52,221 nt of DNA from a virus (taxonomy: Duplodnaviria; Caudoviricetes): positions 1-52,221 of the IMG/VR virus record IMGVR_UViG_3300027986_000317; one strand, given 5' to 3'. The position numbers and the translations under genes are program-made. Below are positions 27,556 to 36,288 of this stretch, piece after piece. The notes under the pieces are model-generated. The model was not told the origin of the DNA. It worked only from the letters and a program-made list of their open reading frames with translations, and made no database searches. Numbering within the stretch: position 1 is the stretch's first letter; every line of letters starts with the position of its first letter.

Positions 27556-28065
27556 TCACTGATGTGGAGTGCTCCAATCATTAAAGTTTTTCCCGTCAAA
27601 GGAGCTCCTCACCTGCCACCAGGTATTGCCGTCCACGAAGGGATGCAGTGTTTGCGTGCTTGGCTGATAAGTCTGCACGTTGGCCGTGATGGCCTGATTG
27701 GAAGCTGATCGAAACTGGTGATAGATCGGCCCAAGGATCGGGTTCGGGTTTGCCTGCCTCTGAAGGATTGCCGTCTGCTGCGTAAGAGGTACCCTGTTTT
27801 GCGGATTGGTCACCTGAAGCACCGAGATGCCGGCAGCAGCTTTAACGACGAATGTCGCAGGCTGCGGAGTGGACACCGCCGCCACCCCTGCGCCCTGGGG
27901 ATTATCTACAAACCCCTGCGCCAGCCCCGGAAACGCGGTTGCGATCTGATCATGCAGGTTGGCTAGCTTGCGGAAGCCCTTGGCCAGTTCGTTTTTAAGC
28001 TGAGCCAAATCACTTCCGCTGCTAAGGATCTTCTCTGCAACGCCGTGAAAGGAGCTTTTTCCCAT
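27556..28065 (-). CDS. Hypothetical virion protein
   Basis: In the late operon; C-terminal WQVRSSFDG..FNDWS FN3-like strand. Confidence 0.55.
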   Translation of the reverse strand: MGKSSFHGVAEKILSSGSDLAQLKNELAKGFRKLANLHDQIATAFPGLAQGFVDNPQGAGVAAVSTPQPATFVVKAAAGISVLQVTNPQNRVPLTQQTAILQRQANPNPILGPIYHQFRSASNQAITANVQTYQPSTQTLHPFVDGNTWWQVRSSFDGKNFNDWSTPHQ

Positions 28066-28070
28066 AGTGG

Positions 28071-30815
28071 TTACCCGGGTCTCGCCTGGAAGATGGGCTT
28101 AGTAAATATCGTGATGCTCTTTATATCCACCCACGTTCCCGGATTCTTGCCGATTGTCGAAGTCCGCACTCGATACCGCTCATTCATCCCGGAAGCCATC
28201 TCTGAATAGGCAGTCATCATGCCGGGCCTGCACGTCGCGTCCGGCATTACGATCTCATCGTCGTACTGGTTAACGCCGCCCTCTTGCGTGGACCGCGTGG
28301 AGCTGGCCAGCACGGTAATCCCGATCGAGCCCTGGCCGTTGAGAAGCGCCTGAATGCCGCCCAGCTGCGAGACCTTCAGCGCATCCCCCGGACAAACCGT
28401 CTCGTATACAAACGGAATCAGCCGCGCCACTCCATCTGCTCCGCTGTCGATGTAAATTCGCGGCGTCTGAGCCATCACCGTTCCATCCAGGGTGGAAGCA
28501 AAGAGCAGCTGGCTCACCTGCATGGCGGAATCGAGTTGCGCCGGCACGTTCTGTAAGTTGCGGAGCGCACGGGTGCAGCTGTTGGCTGCAATGTCATCTA
28601 CGCTCCACTTGCGGGCCGCGGCTGAAGAAATAAACTTGCCCTTCGAGTAGATAGTGCTGTGAATCGGCGGGTTCAGAGTGATGTCCTCTTCATAGTTGCA
28701 GGTGAGGATGTGGCTGGGAACCAGGCTGCCATCGAGCGGGACGCCAATTTTGAACTCGTGTGTATCCTCGTCTATCTTCACCCAGATGGTAGCCGCCGCC
28801 TGAAAATTCACGCGTGACCAGGTGATCGGGATTTCCTTGATCAACCGCTGCGGCACATCGCCCCAGCTCGCATACACGCCGCTCCTGTGCACGAACACGA
28901 AGAAGTGTGTCCCTGAATCAAACGCCCTCAGCCCGCAAGGCCCCATGCCGTCCCAGCGCTTGATATACGTCCATGCGGAAGGATCATCGGCGGAAGGATT
29001 TACCTCGTGACCTGATTTTTCCTTCAGCGCATAGATGATGCCCTTGTAGTCAATCAGGCCCATCAGATTCTGCCCATCGGTCTCGGCAACCTCGATATCG
29101 CCAGTCGAACCAAACACAGTCTCCGGATCACCCTTGTCACTAATGAATGCCCCCGATGGCAGTTCGTAGGCTAGGTAGGCCATCCGATCCAGTGATTCAA
29201 GATAGGTAACGCTTCTGCATGGCGGTACCTGGATCTTGTCGTCAAAGTTGGTCACGTTTGACGTTGTGGCCATCAGGTCTTCCAGGTAGAGATCCACAAA
29301 GTTAAATGTGGCCGTGGTGGTTACGTTGTCATTGATGACTGTGGTTGTCATCGTGAGACCGTTGAAGGAATCGTTGAACGGGATATAAGCGAATGGCCCC
29401 GCTGAAGTGCCTCCCGCTTGGCTAAAGGCAACAATTCTCTGTACCGTCTGTGGCGGCCCTATGGCTATGTTCATGCAGAAGACTTGCCCAATAGGGTCAA
29501 AATTGTTCGTGACCGCCGAGGGTCCGCTGAAGCCGCAGATATAGCCATTGCGATTCACGAAGAGCACAACCGCCCATCGTTGGCCAGCATCCACATTCCC
29601 GGCAGCCGCGATAATGTTCGCTGTATTCACCGTGGGGGGTGAGGTCGTCGCCGGGGTACTGTTCACCAGAACCTGAGTATTGAAAGCGAGCGCAAACGGG
29701 CCTCCTGCAACCTTCTGGTAGGCCGCTGGCGCTGGCGCTGCCGCTCCGGTTGCAACATCGGCAACGTAGAGATTCCAGCCTGTTGGCGCACCTGCCGGCA
29801 GGCCAGAAAGCCAAGTCGCTACACCAGCACTCGACACCTTCACTTTAAGCTGATCATTTGCAGCCGTATTAGTAATCACACCCGTTCCGAGCAAAGTTGA
29901 TGCATTTTGAAAGAGTGGATCTGTCTCGCCGTTCCCATTGACCAGGGTGACAGCGATATACACATCACGGTTGGCCGCATAACCACCCACTGCGGCGACG
30001 CGAAACGTGTTCAACGAAAAGCCAGATTGCGGAATGCTGTTGCTCAGTGCCGCATCAGTTGCACTGTCGTGAAAAGTAAACGTGTCTGGGCGTGGTACGG
30101 CAGTGGTGAATCGTAATGTGGTTTGCGTCCATTGCGCCGTTCCATCGTTAGTCGTAGCTCCATCGAGCGCATTCCATACCGGTTCGTTCGCCCCGCTTGT
30201 TCCAGCTGTCGTACAGCGGAACGTAATCGAAATGAGATTCTTAGTCGGCGTTGCTGTTACCACTTCTCCCACTGCATACGTCGTGCCTGCCTGCCAGGTC
30301 TGCCCCACCGGCCGCATGCTCAACGGATCGAGGATGCCAGTATTGAGATCGTAGACGCCAAGGGTCGAACCAGCAGCCGATGGAGCGGCAATGTTCGTGA
30401 AGCACAGATGTGCGCGATTGAGGGTCTGTGTCGCCTGCAGGTAGGCATTCTGTGGCGGAGTTACCTGTGTGCTCGTCACTGACCGCATCACGCCAGATCC
30501 CGCTGGACTCTCCACCAAAAGATTGCCATTTTGATCAAAGATCATCGGCACCTGCTTATCAGGCAGGACGCCGTTGCCCTCAAACTTAAAGGAGTACAGC
30601 CCGGTTATAGGGGAACCGAGCTTCGAGTCCATTCCCACCGAGCAGTTGCCCAGGCTTACATTTAGGCCGTCGCGCGAGCGCACTCCTGTCAGGTGATAGC
30701 GGGCATTCCGCGAGACTGCCGCCACGCCTAAAGGCGCGTTGGTAGGATCGTCCTGCTCAAAGAGAGAAGTAAACCTCTCGATTGGATGAGGAGTGTACCC
30801 GTCAAAATTGGCCAT
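28071..30815 (-). CDS. Tail nozzle / tubular protein B-like (P22 gp10, T7 gp12) with inserted Ig/FN3-like and carbohydrate-binding-like modules
   Basis: 914 aa beta-rich, propeller-like C-half (FISDKGDPE, GPCG..AFD, HRSGVY); WQAGTTYAVGEVV...FRCTTAGTSGANEPVW module; gene order. Confidence 0.72.
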   Translation of the reverse strand: MANFDGYTPHPIERFTSLFEQDDPTNAPLGVAAVSRNARYHLTGVRSRDGLNVSLGNCSVGMDSKLGSPITGLYSFKFEGNGVLPDKQVPMIFDQNGNLLVESPAGSGVMRSVTSTQVTPPQNAYLQATQTLNRAHLCFTNIAAPSAAGSTLGVYDLNTGILDPLSMRPVGQTWQAGTTYAVGEVVTATPTKNLISITFRCTTAGTSGANEPVWNALDGATTNDGTAQWTQTTLRFTTAVPRPDTFTFHDSATDAALSNSIPQSGFSLNTFRVAAVGGYAANRDVYIAVTLVNGNGETDPLFQNASTLLGTGVITNTAANDQLKVKVSSAGVATWLSGLPAGAPTGWNLYVADVATGAAAPAPAAYQKVAGGPFALAFNTQVLVNSTPATTSPPTVNTANIIAAAGNVDAGQRWAVVLFVNRNGYICGFSGPSAVTNNFDPIGQVFCMNIAIGPPQTVQRIVAFSQAGGTSAGPFAYIPFNDSFNGLTMTTTVINDNVTTTATFNFVDLYLEDLMATTSNVTNFDDKIQVPPCRSVTYLESLDRMAYLAYELPSGAFISDKGDPETVFGSTGDIEVAETDGQNLMGLIDYKGIIYALKEKSGHEVNPSADDPSAWTYIKRWDGMGPCGLRAFDSGTHFFVFVHRSGVYASWGDVPQRLIKEIPITWSRVNFQAAATIWVKIDEDTHEFKIGVPLDGSLVPSHILTCNYEEDITLNPPIHSTIYSKGKFISSAAARKWSVDDIAANSCTRALRNLQNVPAQLDSAMQVSQLLFASTLDGTVMAQTPRIYIDSGADGVARLIPFVYETVCPGDALKVSQLGGIQALLNGQGSIGITVLASSTRSTQEGGVNQYDDEIVMPDATCRPGMMTAYSEMASGMNERYRVRTSTIGKNPGTWVDIKSITIFTKPIFQARPG

Positions 30816-30870
30816 TGTGTGTGAAAAATCTTCTTGACGAAGAAAAGCGGTTGGTGGGAAACTCTAAAGC

Positions 30871-30905
30871 GCGTTGTAGCAGCGTCGGAAGCGCCGCTAC
30901 AACGC
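30871..30905. other. Hairpin in the leader of the plus-strand accessory gene
   Basis: GCGTTGTAGC / GCTACAACGC 10-bp perfect stem with inner GCGT-CGGAA-GCGC. Confidence 0.7.
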
Positions 30906-30935
30906 TAACCACAATAACCTTCTTAGGAGGCCATC

Positions 30936-31421
30936 ATGGCTGGTTCCCATCGTAACAAACACATCTTCAAGCTAAAAACCATTCTTCTTTCTGCGCTCCT
31001 TGCTGCTTCAGCAATTGCAAGAGCACAATCGGAAAACCCAGATATTACGCAGCCAAAAGCACACGCCTTTTTCTCTGGCTGGAACAAGTGGACGTTGATT
31101 GCCGCCACCACCGCCAGACACCTTGACGCCGCGCAGAGTTGTTATCACTATGCCCGCGGCTGGCGAGAAGTTGGCTTGCCAGGGCAAGGTTGCAGCACAA
31201 TCGTTGCCTGGAGTACTGGCCTGACTGCTGGCGGAGTTGGCCTGTCTTGGTTGTCCCATCATCTCGGTCACCACCGACTCGAACTGGTTCCCCATTTGCT
31301 TAACGTGACCCTATCGACTGCTGCAATCATTTCCACATTCGAGCATGCCGTTTATCGACCTAAAGTAATTCCAAGAGTTTCGAGCCGCCCATGCAACGAT
31401 GCTTGCATCACCGTGCCGTGA
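30936..31421 (+). CDS. Exported/membrane accessory protein (moron)
   Basis: AGGAGG RBS, signal-like ILLSALLAASAIARA, further hydrophobic segments; opposite to the late operon with its own TTGACG-18-GAAACT. Confidence 0.7.
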   Translation: MAGSHRNKHIFKLKTILLSALLAASAIARAQSENPDITQPKAHAFFSGWNKWTLIAATTARHLDAAQSCYHYARGWREVGLPGQGCSTIVAWSTGLTAGGVGLSWLSHHLGHHRLELVPHLLNVTLSTAAIISTFEHAVYRPKVIPRVSSRPCNDACITVP

Positions 31422-31434
31422 TTTCAGCAACCGC

Positions 31435-31869
31435 TTAGAACTGCCCCTGCGGCCACTCGAAGAAGACCTGCACGCTGGATGCAGCCGCAGCATTCGGCGT
31501 GCCGCCGAGGACGCCGAGATTCGGATAAGCCACCCCGTTGCCGAGCTCCGCACCGCCAGCCAGATAGAAGCGAATGCCCCAGTTCGTTAGAAGGCTTCCG
31601 CGTACTATCTCAATGTACGGGCCGCCCATGTCCCCGCCGTTCTCGCCCCATCCCACAGGCAGGCGCGAAGGAAAGACATCGGCTTCAAAAATGGCGTTGA
31701 TGAGGCTCTGATCGCCAGGGTTAACGGCTGCCGTGAGGTCAAACAGGTCCCCAAAATTGTTAAAGCCCTTGCCCTTGTCCTGATACACGCCCAGGAAGTA
31801 GAGGTTGTAGGTGATCGTGATGATTCCGCCCTGGTTAGGCGCAAGTGAAATCTGCCGATTAACGCTCAT
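31435..31869 (-). CDS. Hypothetical virion structural protein
   Basis: GGAGGAG RBS; beta/Gly-rich; follows the adaptor. Confidence 0.65.
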   Translation of the reverse strand: MSVNRQISLAPNQGGIITITYNLYFLGVYQDKGKGFNNFGDLFDLTAAVNPGDQSLINAIFEADVFPSRLPVGWGENGGDMGGPYIEIVRGSLLTNWGIRFYLAGGAELGNGVAYPNLGVLGGTPNAAAASSVQVFFEWPQGQF

Positions 31870-31892
31870 TGCTCCTCCAAAAGATTGTGACT

Positions 31893-32582
31893 TTAGTTCG
31901 AAACTGGTCCCATAAACTGCCGCCGTGTCGGACGCCTGCTCATTCGTCCCAGCCGCTTTACTTTTGGCAGCTCCTCGTTTTGCAGCAGGGTCATAATGTC
32001 GTCACAGGCATCGTCACCGTTTAGCTTGTAAGTCTTCTCCCATGCCGCATTACCGCGCACAGTAGCGACGAGTGACGCGGTCCAGAAAGTGAGTACTGAC
32101 CCAATCAGGTTCCCCAGGACAATCACATCGTCCGAGTTAGCGAGCGGAGAAGCCAAGAATTCTCCCCAGATGCGAATGTCAACGGCAATCGCTGCAGGAT
32201 CAAAAAAGATGTTGCCGGCGCGCCACTCCCAGGACCCGATCCGCGCCGATGGCATCACGTTTAATAGACGCCCGGTTAGATTGGCGGGCACATAGGTGCT
32301 GGGATCCGTCCCGGCAATCTTCCACTCGAAGATGGTTGGAGTGAGCAGTAGCGCAAGGGCCTGGCCGCTCACAAAAGAGTCCTGTAGGTTGCCAGTTCCA
32401 GGCTTGACGTTTAGAACCTCGACGTTGGCCTTATCGAACTCCGCACCGGAGAGCCGAAGCTTCGTGTACAAATCGCGGTATTTGATGTTGACCTTGTTCA
32501 CGAGGTACGCATCCGTGGCATACCGCCCGCGCGGATCGTCCACCAGGTCGCGTACCTCGGCCTTCAGGTCGTCATAGACCAT
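31893..32582 (-). CDS. Head-tail adaptor / tail tubular protein A-like
   Basis: YDDLKAEVRDLVDD...YLVNKVN helical start, beta middle, helical end; size and position typical. Confidence 0.65.
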   Translation of the reverse strand: MVYDDLKAEVRDLVDDPRGRYATDAYLVNKVNIKYRDLYTKLRLSGAEFDKANVEVLNVKPGTGNLQDSFVSGQALALLLTPTIFEWKIAGTDPSTYVPANLTGRLLNVMPSARIGSWEWRAGNIFFDPAAIAVDIRIWGEFLASPLANSDDVIVLGNLIGSVLTFWTASLVATVRGNAAWEKTYKLNGDDACDDIMTLLQNEELPKVKRLGRMSRRPTRRQFMGPVSN

Positions 32583-32615
32583 GTTCTGTATCCGTCCAAT
32601 TGTGCTGGGTGTGGA

Positions 32616-34004
32616 CTAAACGTCCAGGGTGGCTCCCGCTTCGTTCAGGAGGTTCATCACGCGCTCCGCGTCCTTCTCATCACGAGTCACGTGGATTACC
32701 TGCGGCAACCGCTCCATCAGGTCCTTGGCGGCGTTCACACTGATGCCTTGTAGTTCAGAGATAGCCTTAGCTACCTTGCCCCTCTGCTGCCCTGTGGCCT
32801 TCAGTGTGATCTTGAACTCGGTTGTGGCATCAGTCGCGGGAGGCTGAGGGTCGCTTTTCACGACGAGCGCAGTTGCAGTACCACCGCCATCGGCGGTAGC
32901 TGCCGGCGTTGGTACCGGTGCGTTGCTTTGTGGCGCCAACGGTTCAGTTCCTTCGTTCAGCATCCGCTCGAAGTCCGCTTTGATCTGCCGAGCCTTTTGC
33001 CATTGCTCCGGGGTCATTTTCTTGAACGAAGGATGTCCCCACTCGATCATCGACTCCTCGTATGCTTTGAGGGGATCAAACACGTAGGGACACTTGCCGC
33101 ACATCGGGCCTATCCGTGTCGCAGTGCACACGGGGCAACTCTCCGCAGAAATCATGGAGGACGGCCTGGCCGCGGTGAGCCATACCGGCTTATCCTCCAG
33201 CTTCACACCACCTTCTTCCAGCAGAATTCTCCACGCATCGCGGTGAATGTTATCCACCTGCATGCGTGTCTTTTCGCTGGACCAAAGCATGTCGGCTTCC
33301 TGTGCACGGGCCTGGCACCACATGAAACGTCGCTGCCGTTCCTCTTCGAGCAGATGCCGGATCGGTGGCCCCATCGCTTCTGGAACCCGCGTGCCCGCGT
33401 ACATGAAAACACCGCCAATGCCCTGGATCTCGCAAAACTCCGTCACAAAGCCTCTGGCCATGGTCTTCGGCAGGTACGGAATGGCCTTGTAGTTGTCCAC
33501 GCCCGTCATGTCTGTGCCGTTGTCTTCGTGATCCCAGCACAGATGCTCAATGCAGAGATAGCCATAGGAAACAATATTCTTGTTCTTTCGCTGTACTGGC
33601 GCAGGAGGAACTACCAGGTTGTAGCGAGAGTGGATCACGCTATTCAGCTTCAGAGGAAACGGAAGCAGATTGATAACCATGTACGGCTCCCAGCCTGCAT
33701 CATTGACCTCGCGCAGCCGGTCGTTCTGGCTGGCAAGCAGCCGCCGCGTACTTGCCGCGACGTTCTTGGATGTAAGGATTTGATCAACCGGCCGTCCCGG
33801 TATCACCACGTCACCGCGTTCATCGCGAACCGTAGTGGCTTCAATCTGCCTCTGGGCCTCGCGCTCCAAATCGTCGCCTGTGGGATTAAGAACACGCCGT
33901 AAAGCAGCCTCACTGATCCCGCGTTTGTTAAATGCGGCATCGACAGCCACTTGAGGAACCGTCCTGTGCGTTGACTCCTGAAGATACTTCTGCTCATCTG
34001 CCAT
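32616..34004 (-). CDS. Hypothetical protein with Zn ribbon and C-terminal ribosomal bL12 (L7/L12) domain
   Basis: CPVC..CGKC; last 67 aa EFKITLKATGQQRGKVAKAISELQGISVNAAKDLMERLP...LNEAGATLDV follow the bL12 CTD pattern. Confidence 0.8.
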   Translation of the reverse strand: MADEQKYLQESTHRTVPQVAVDAAFNKRGISEAALRRVLNPTGDDLEREAQRQIEATTVRDERGDVVIPGRPVDQILTSKNVAASTRRLLASQNDRLREVNDAGWEPYMVINLLPFPLKLNSVIHSRYNLVVPPAPVQRKNKNIVSYGYLCIEHLCWDHEDNGTDMTGVDNYKAIPYLPKTMARGFVTEFCEIQGIGGVFMYAGTRVPEAMGPPIRHLLEEERQRRFMWCQARAQEADMLWSSEKTRMQVDNIHRDAWRILLEEGGVKLEDKPVWLTAARPSSMISAESCPVCTATRIGPMCGKCPYVFDPLKAYEESMIEWGHPSFKKMTPEQWQKARQIKADFERMLNEGTEPLAPQSNAPVPTPAATADGGGTATALVVKSDPQPPATDATTEFKITLKATGQQRGKVAKAISELQGISVNAAKDLMERLPQVIHVTRDEKDAERVMNLLNEAGATLDV

Positions 34005-34046
34005 ACCTAAATCTCCTTAACTACTGAATTTGGTTTGTACTGCTGA

Positions 34047-34751
34047 TTAGTTCCCTACGTGCTCCCGGATGCCACAGCGTTTTGCCACTTCCTCACGAAT
34101 CCGCCCTGCCTCTAGGCTCGAACTCCAGATGTAAGAACATTTGTCTTTCATGTAGTCATCAAGGAAGGCGGAGATATGCTTGGCTTCATCCTGCTCCGCC
34201 TGCTCTGCCTGGTCGACGCGCATCCGTTGCCGGACCTCAATGTTTTCCGGCAGGTTGTAAAGCATCGCAAAGAATTCTCCGATGGCCTCATCCAACATGC
34301 TGGACGTCGGCAGCTCCTGAAACGGTCCCAGTGCAAGTTCATAATCCCCATGCACCGGGAAAGGCCCAAGCTTCGGCCCCCACACCGTCATGTTCTGTGG
34401 CGCCATCCAGGTCTTCTGGTCGTACATCTCCGCTGGATACCAGCGCTGCAGAATCCATCCTTGGGCCTTGGGATACTTTGGCCGCTGCCATACGCCGCCA
34501 ACCTCAGTCCAGGGCCGGTGCTGGTGCGTCTGGCCCCTCTGTGCCCCAGACATGATGATTCCGCCGCGCTCGCTTACCGGAATGTTTGGCAGCCAAATCT
34601 TGCGCAGGCCAGCGCGCCGGCAGTACACGTTCTGCGCCAGCTCCACACGCCACATTGGCTCATTGAAAGGATTGGTTCCATAACGGCGCAGAATGAACGC
34701 CGCCAGGTCCGAAGGGCATCTCTCGACGCCGTGAATATCGTCTCTGTTCAT
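34047..34751 (-). CDS. Hypothetical phage protein
   Basis: 234-aa ORF packed in the late operon; Trp/Pro-rich N-half, helical C-half. Confidence 0.7.
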   Translation of the reverse strand: MNRDDIHGVERCPSDLAAFILRRYGTNPFNEPMWRVELAQNVYCRRAGLRKIWLPNIPVSERGGIIMSGAQRGQTHQHRPWTEVGGVWQRPKYPKAQGWILQRWYPAEMYDQKTWMAPQNMTVWGPKLGPFPVHGDYELALGPFQELPTSSMLDEAIGEFFAMLYNLPENIEVRQRMRVDQAEQAEQDEAKHISAFLDDYMKDKCSYIWSSSLEAGRIREEVAKRCGIREHVGN

Positions 34752-34754
34752 GGC

Positions 34755-34865
34755 TTACCTTGTTACAGGCGCTCCGGAGTGCAGAGCGTAATATTGGAAA
34801 ATGAAGAAGAGGAGAGCGATGGAGAAGAGAATCAAGAACGCAACGCGTAACATGGCCTTCCTCAT
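34755..34865 (-). CDS. 36-aa single-TM peptide, absent from the ORF track
   Basis: GGGAGG RBS; MRKAMLRVAFLILFSIALLFFIFQYYALHSGAPVTR; stops 3 nt before the next ATG. Confidence 0.6.
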   Translation of the reverse strand: MRKAMLRVAFLILFSIALLFFIFQYYALHSGAPVTR

Positions 34866-34875
34866 GCTTCCTCCC

Positions 34876-34910
34876 AAAATGAAATACAGGGCCACCCCCA
34901 GTGGCCCTGT
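34876..34910 (-). terminator. Intrinsic terminator after the capsid gene
   Basis: ACAGGGCCAC/GTGGCCCTGT 10-bp stem followed by ATTTCATTTT on the minus strand. Confidence 0.65.
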
Positions 34911-34959
34911 CTCCGCTAGTCTGTCGCAAAAAAGGAGCGTACAGGAGCGTAGCGGAAGG

Positions 34960-36249
34960 TTAGTTGAGCGCCGGCAGACGGCAACTGGTCAACGAACTCA
35001 GCAGCTTGGGATTGTCCACGTAGTACTGGATGTAATCCACAAGGTAGCTGTTCTCAATCGCCTTGATGGTGCCGGTGGTGAAGTCGTACTGCTGGAACAC
35101 GGTTGTACCCGCGCGGTTCTTAAACCACCGAGTTCCACCGCCCCAGCGCACCTTGCCCCAGCTCTTCACGTTGGTGAAGTCCCAGCGCGTGTTGTCGGCG
35201 TGAAGGTTGCTCACAATTTCGTAACCGTCGATCGTGAGCTTCTTTTTGTTGAACAGGCCGTCGAATCCTTTGTCATTAAACTTGCCTGACTCAGAGAAAA
35301 CGGTCTCCAGCTTGAAGCCCAACTCTTCATAGGCCGCGAGCTGGCTTGGGTGGGTGTGGTAGATCTGCGTTCCCAAGGCATCCTCACCCAACTCCACTTC
35401 TACCTGGTTCATCGCCAGACGCAGCAGAGGCAGGGTGACTTGGGCGTTATTGGCATTCACGCCGTTGGCGACCACGTAGTTGTTTTGCCGTGAGACGCCG
35501 AGCAAATTGCCGTTGGGGTTGGTGTTGTGAAACACCGGAATGCCGTTTACAAACGGGTCCGCACCCCCCGGAGCAATGCCGTTTACCACGATGATGTCAC
35601 CGGGCTGCGCTCCACCATTCTGGTTCGGGACCTGATCCACACGAATGGTCTGCGTGAGACCAACAGTGCTCACCTTGTCCTGAATGGTGCAGGTTCCTCG
35701 AACGACGGTGAAGTCGCTCTTCATCACCTGTACCTGCTGGCCGCGCCGGCAGAGTCGTGCTCCCCAAGGGCTGGAGGCGAGGATGATCGGGTTGTTCCCG
35801 GCCACATACGTCGGATCAATGGTCGCGATCTTGCCGTCTCCGTTGGTCTGCAGGAACATGTCCCGCCGTACCTGAACCACGCGCACTGCGTCGGCAATGG
35901 TTTTCGATACCGGATTCGTCGTGGAAACAGTTTTCGGCTCGCCAACTTCATCGGCCAACCGGGTGTATTGGATAGGCACCACGAACGCGATGGGAGTTAC
36001 CAGGAACTGATCCCACTCGCTCGATCCGCCCAGAGGCATGGTTCCACCGTCCGGCTGGAACTTGGCCACGTCGCCCACGTCCGCAGTCTGAATGCGCACG
36101 CGGAAGGATTTCAGAGAGACTTGTGTAGAGCGCCCATTGTCCTTGATGCGCGAGTCCAGCTTGTTGGTGATTTCCACCAAAAAGGGAATGACCTCGTTCA
36201 CATCTTCGAGCTGCAATTGAATGGCGCTCTGTGCCGTTAATGGAGGCAT
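34960..36249 (-). CDS. Major capsid protein (HK97 fold, putative)
   Basis: 429 aa after the scaffold, followed by a terminator; DMFLQTNGDG helix and YYVDNPK..SSL C-terminal pattern. Confidence 0.78.
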   Translation of the reverse strand: MPPLTAQSAIQLQLEDVNEVIPFLVEITNKLDSRIKDNGRSTQVSLKSFRVRIQTADVGDVAKFQPDGGTMPLGGSSEWDQFLVTPIAFVVPIQYTRLADEVGEPKTVSTTNPVSKTIADAVRVVQVRRDMFLQTNGDGKIATIDPTYVAGNNPIILASSPWGARLCRRGQQVQVMKSDFTVVRGTCTIQDKVSTVGLTQTIRVDQVPNQNGGAQPGDIIVVNGIAPGGADPFVNGIPVFHNTNPNGNLLGVSRQNNYVVANGVNANNAQVTLPLLRLAMNQVEVELGEDALGTQIYHTHPSQLAAYEELGFKLETVFSESGKFNDKGFDGLFNKKKLTIDGYEIVSNLHADNTRWDFTNVKSWGKVRWGGGTRWFKNRAGTTVFQQYDFTTGTIKAIENSYLVDYIQYYVDNPKLLSSLTSCRLPALN

Positions 36250-36288
36250 AGAGAAAGACTTCCTTTCTTCAAATGTGGGGTTAGTGGC

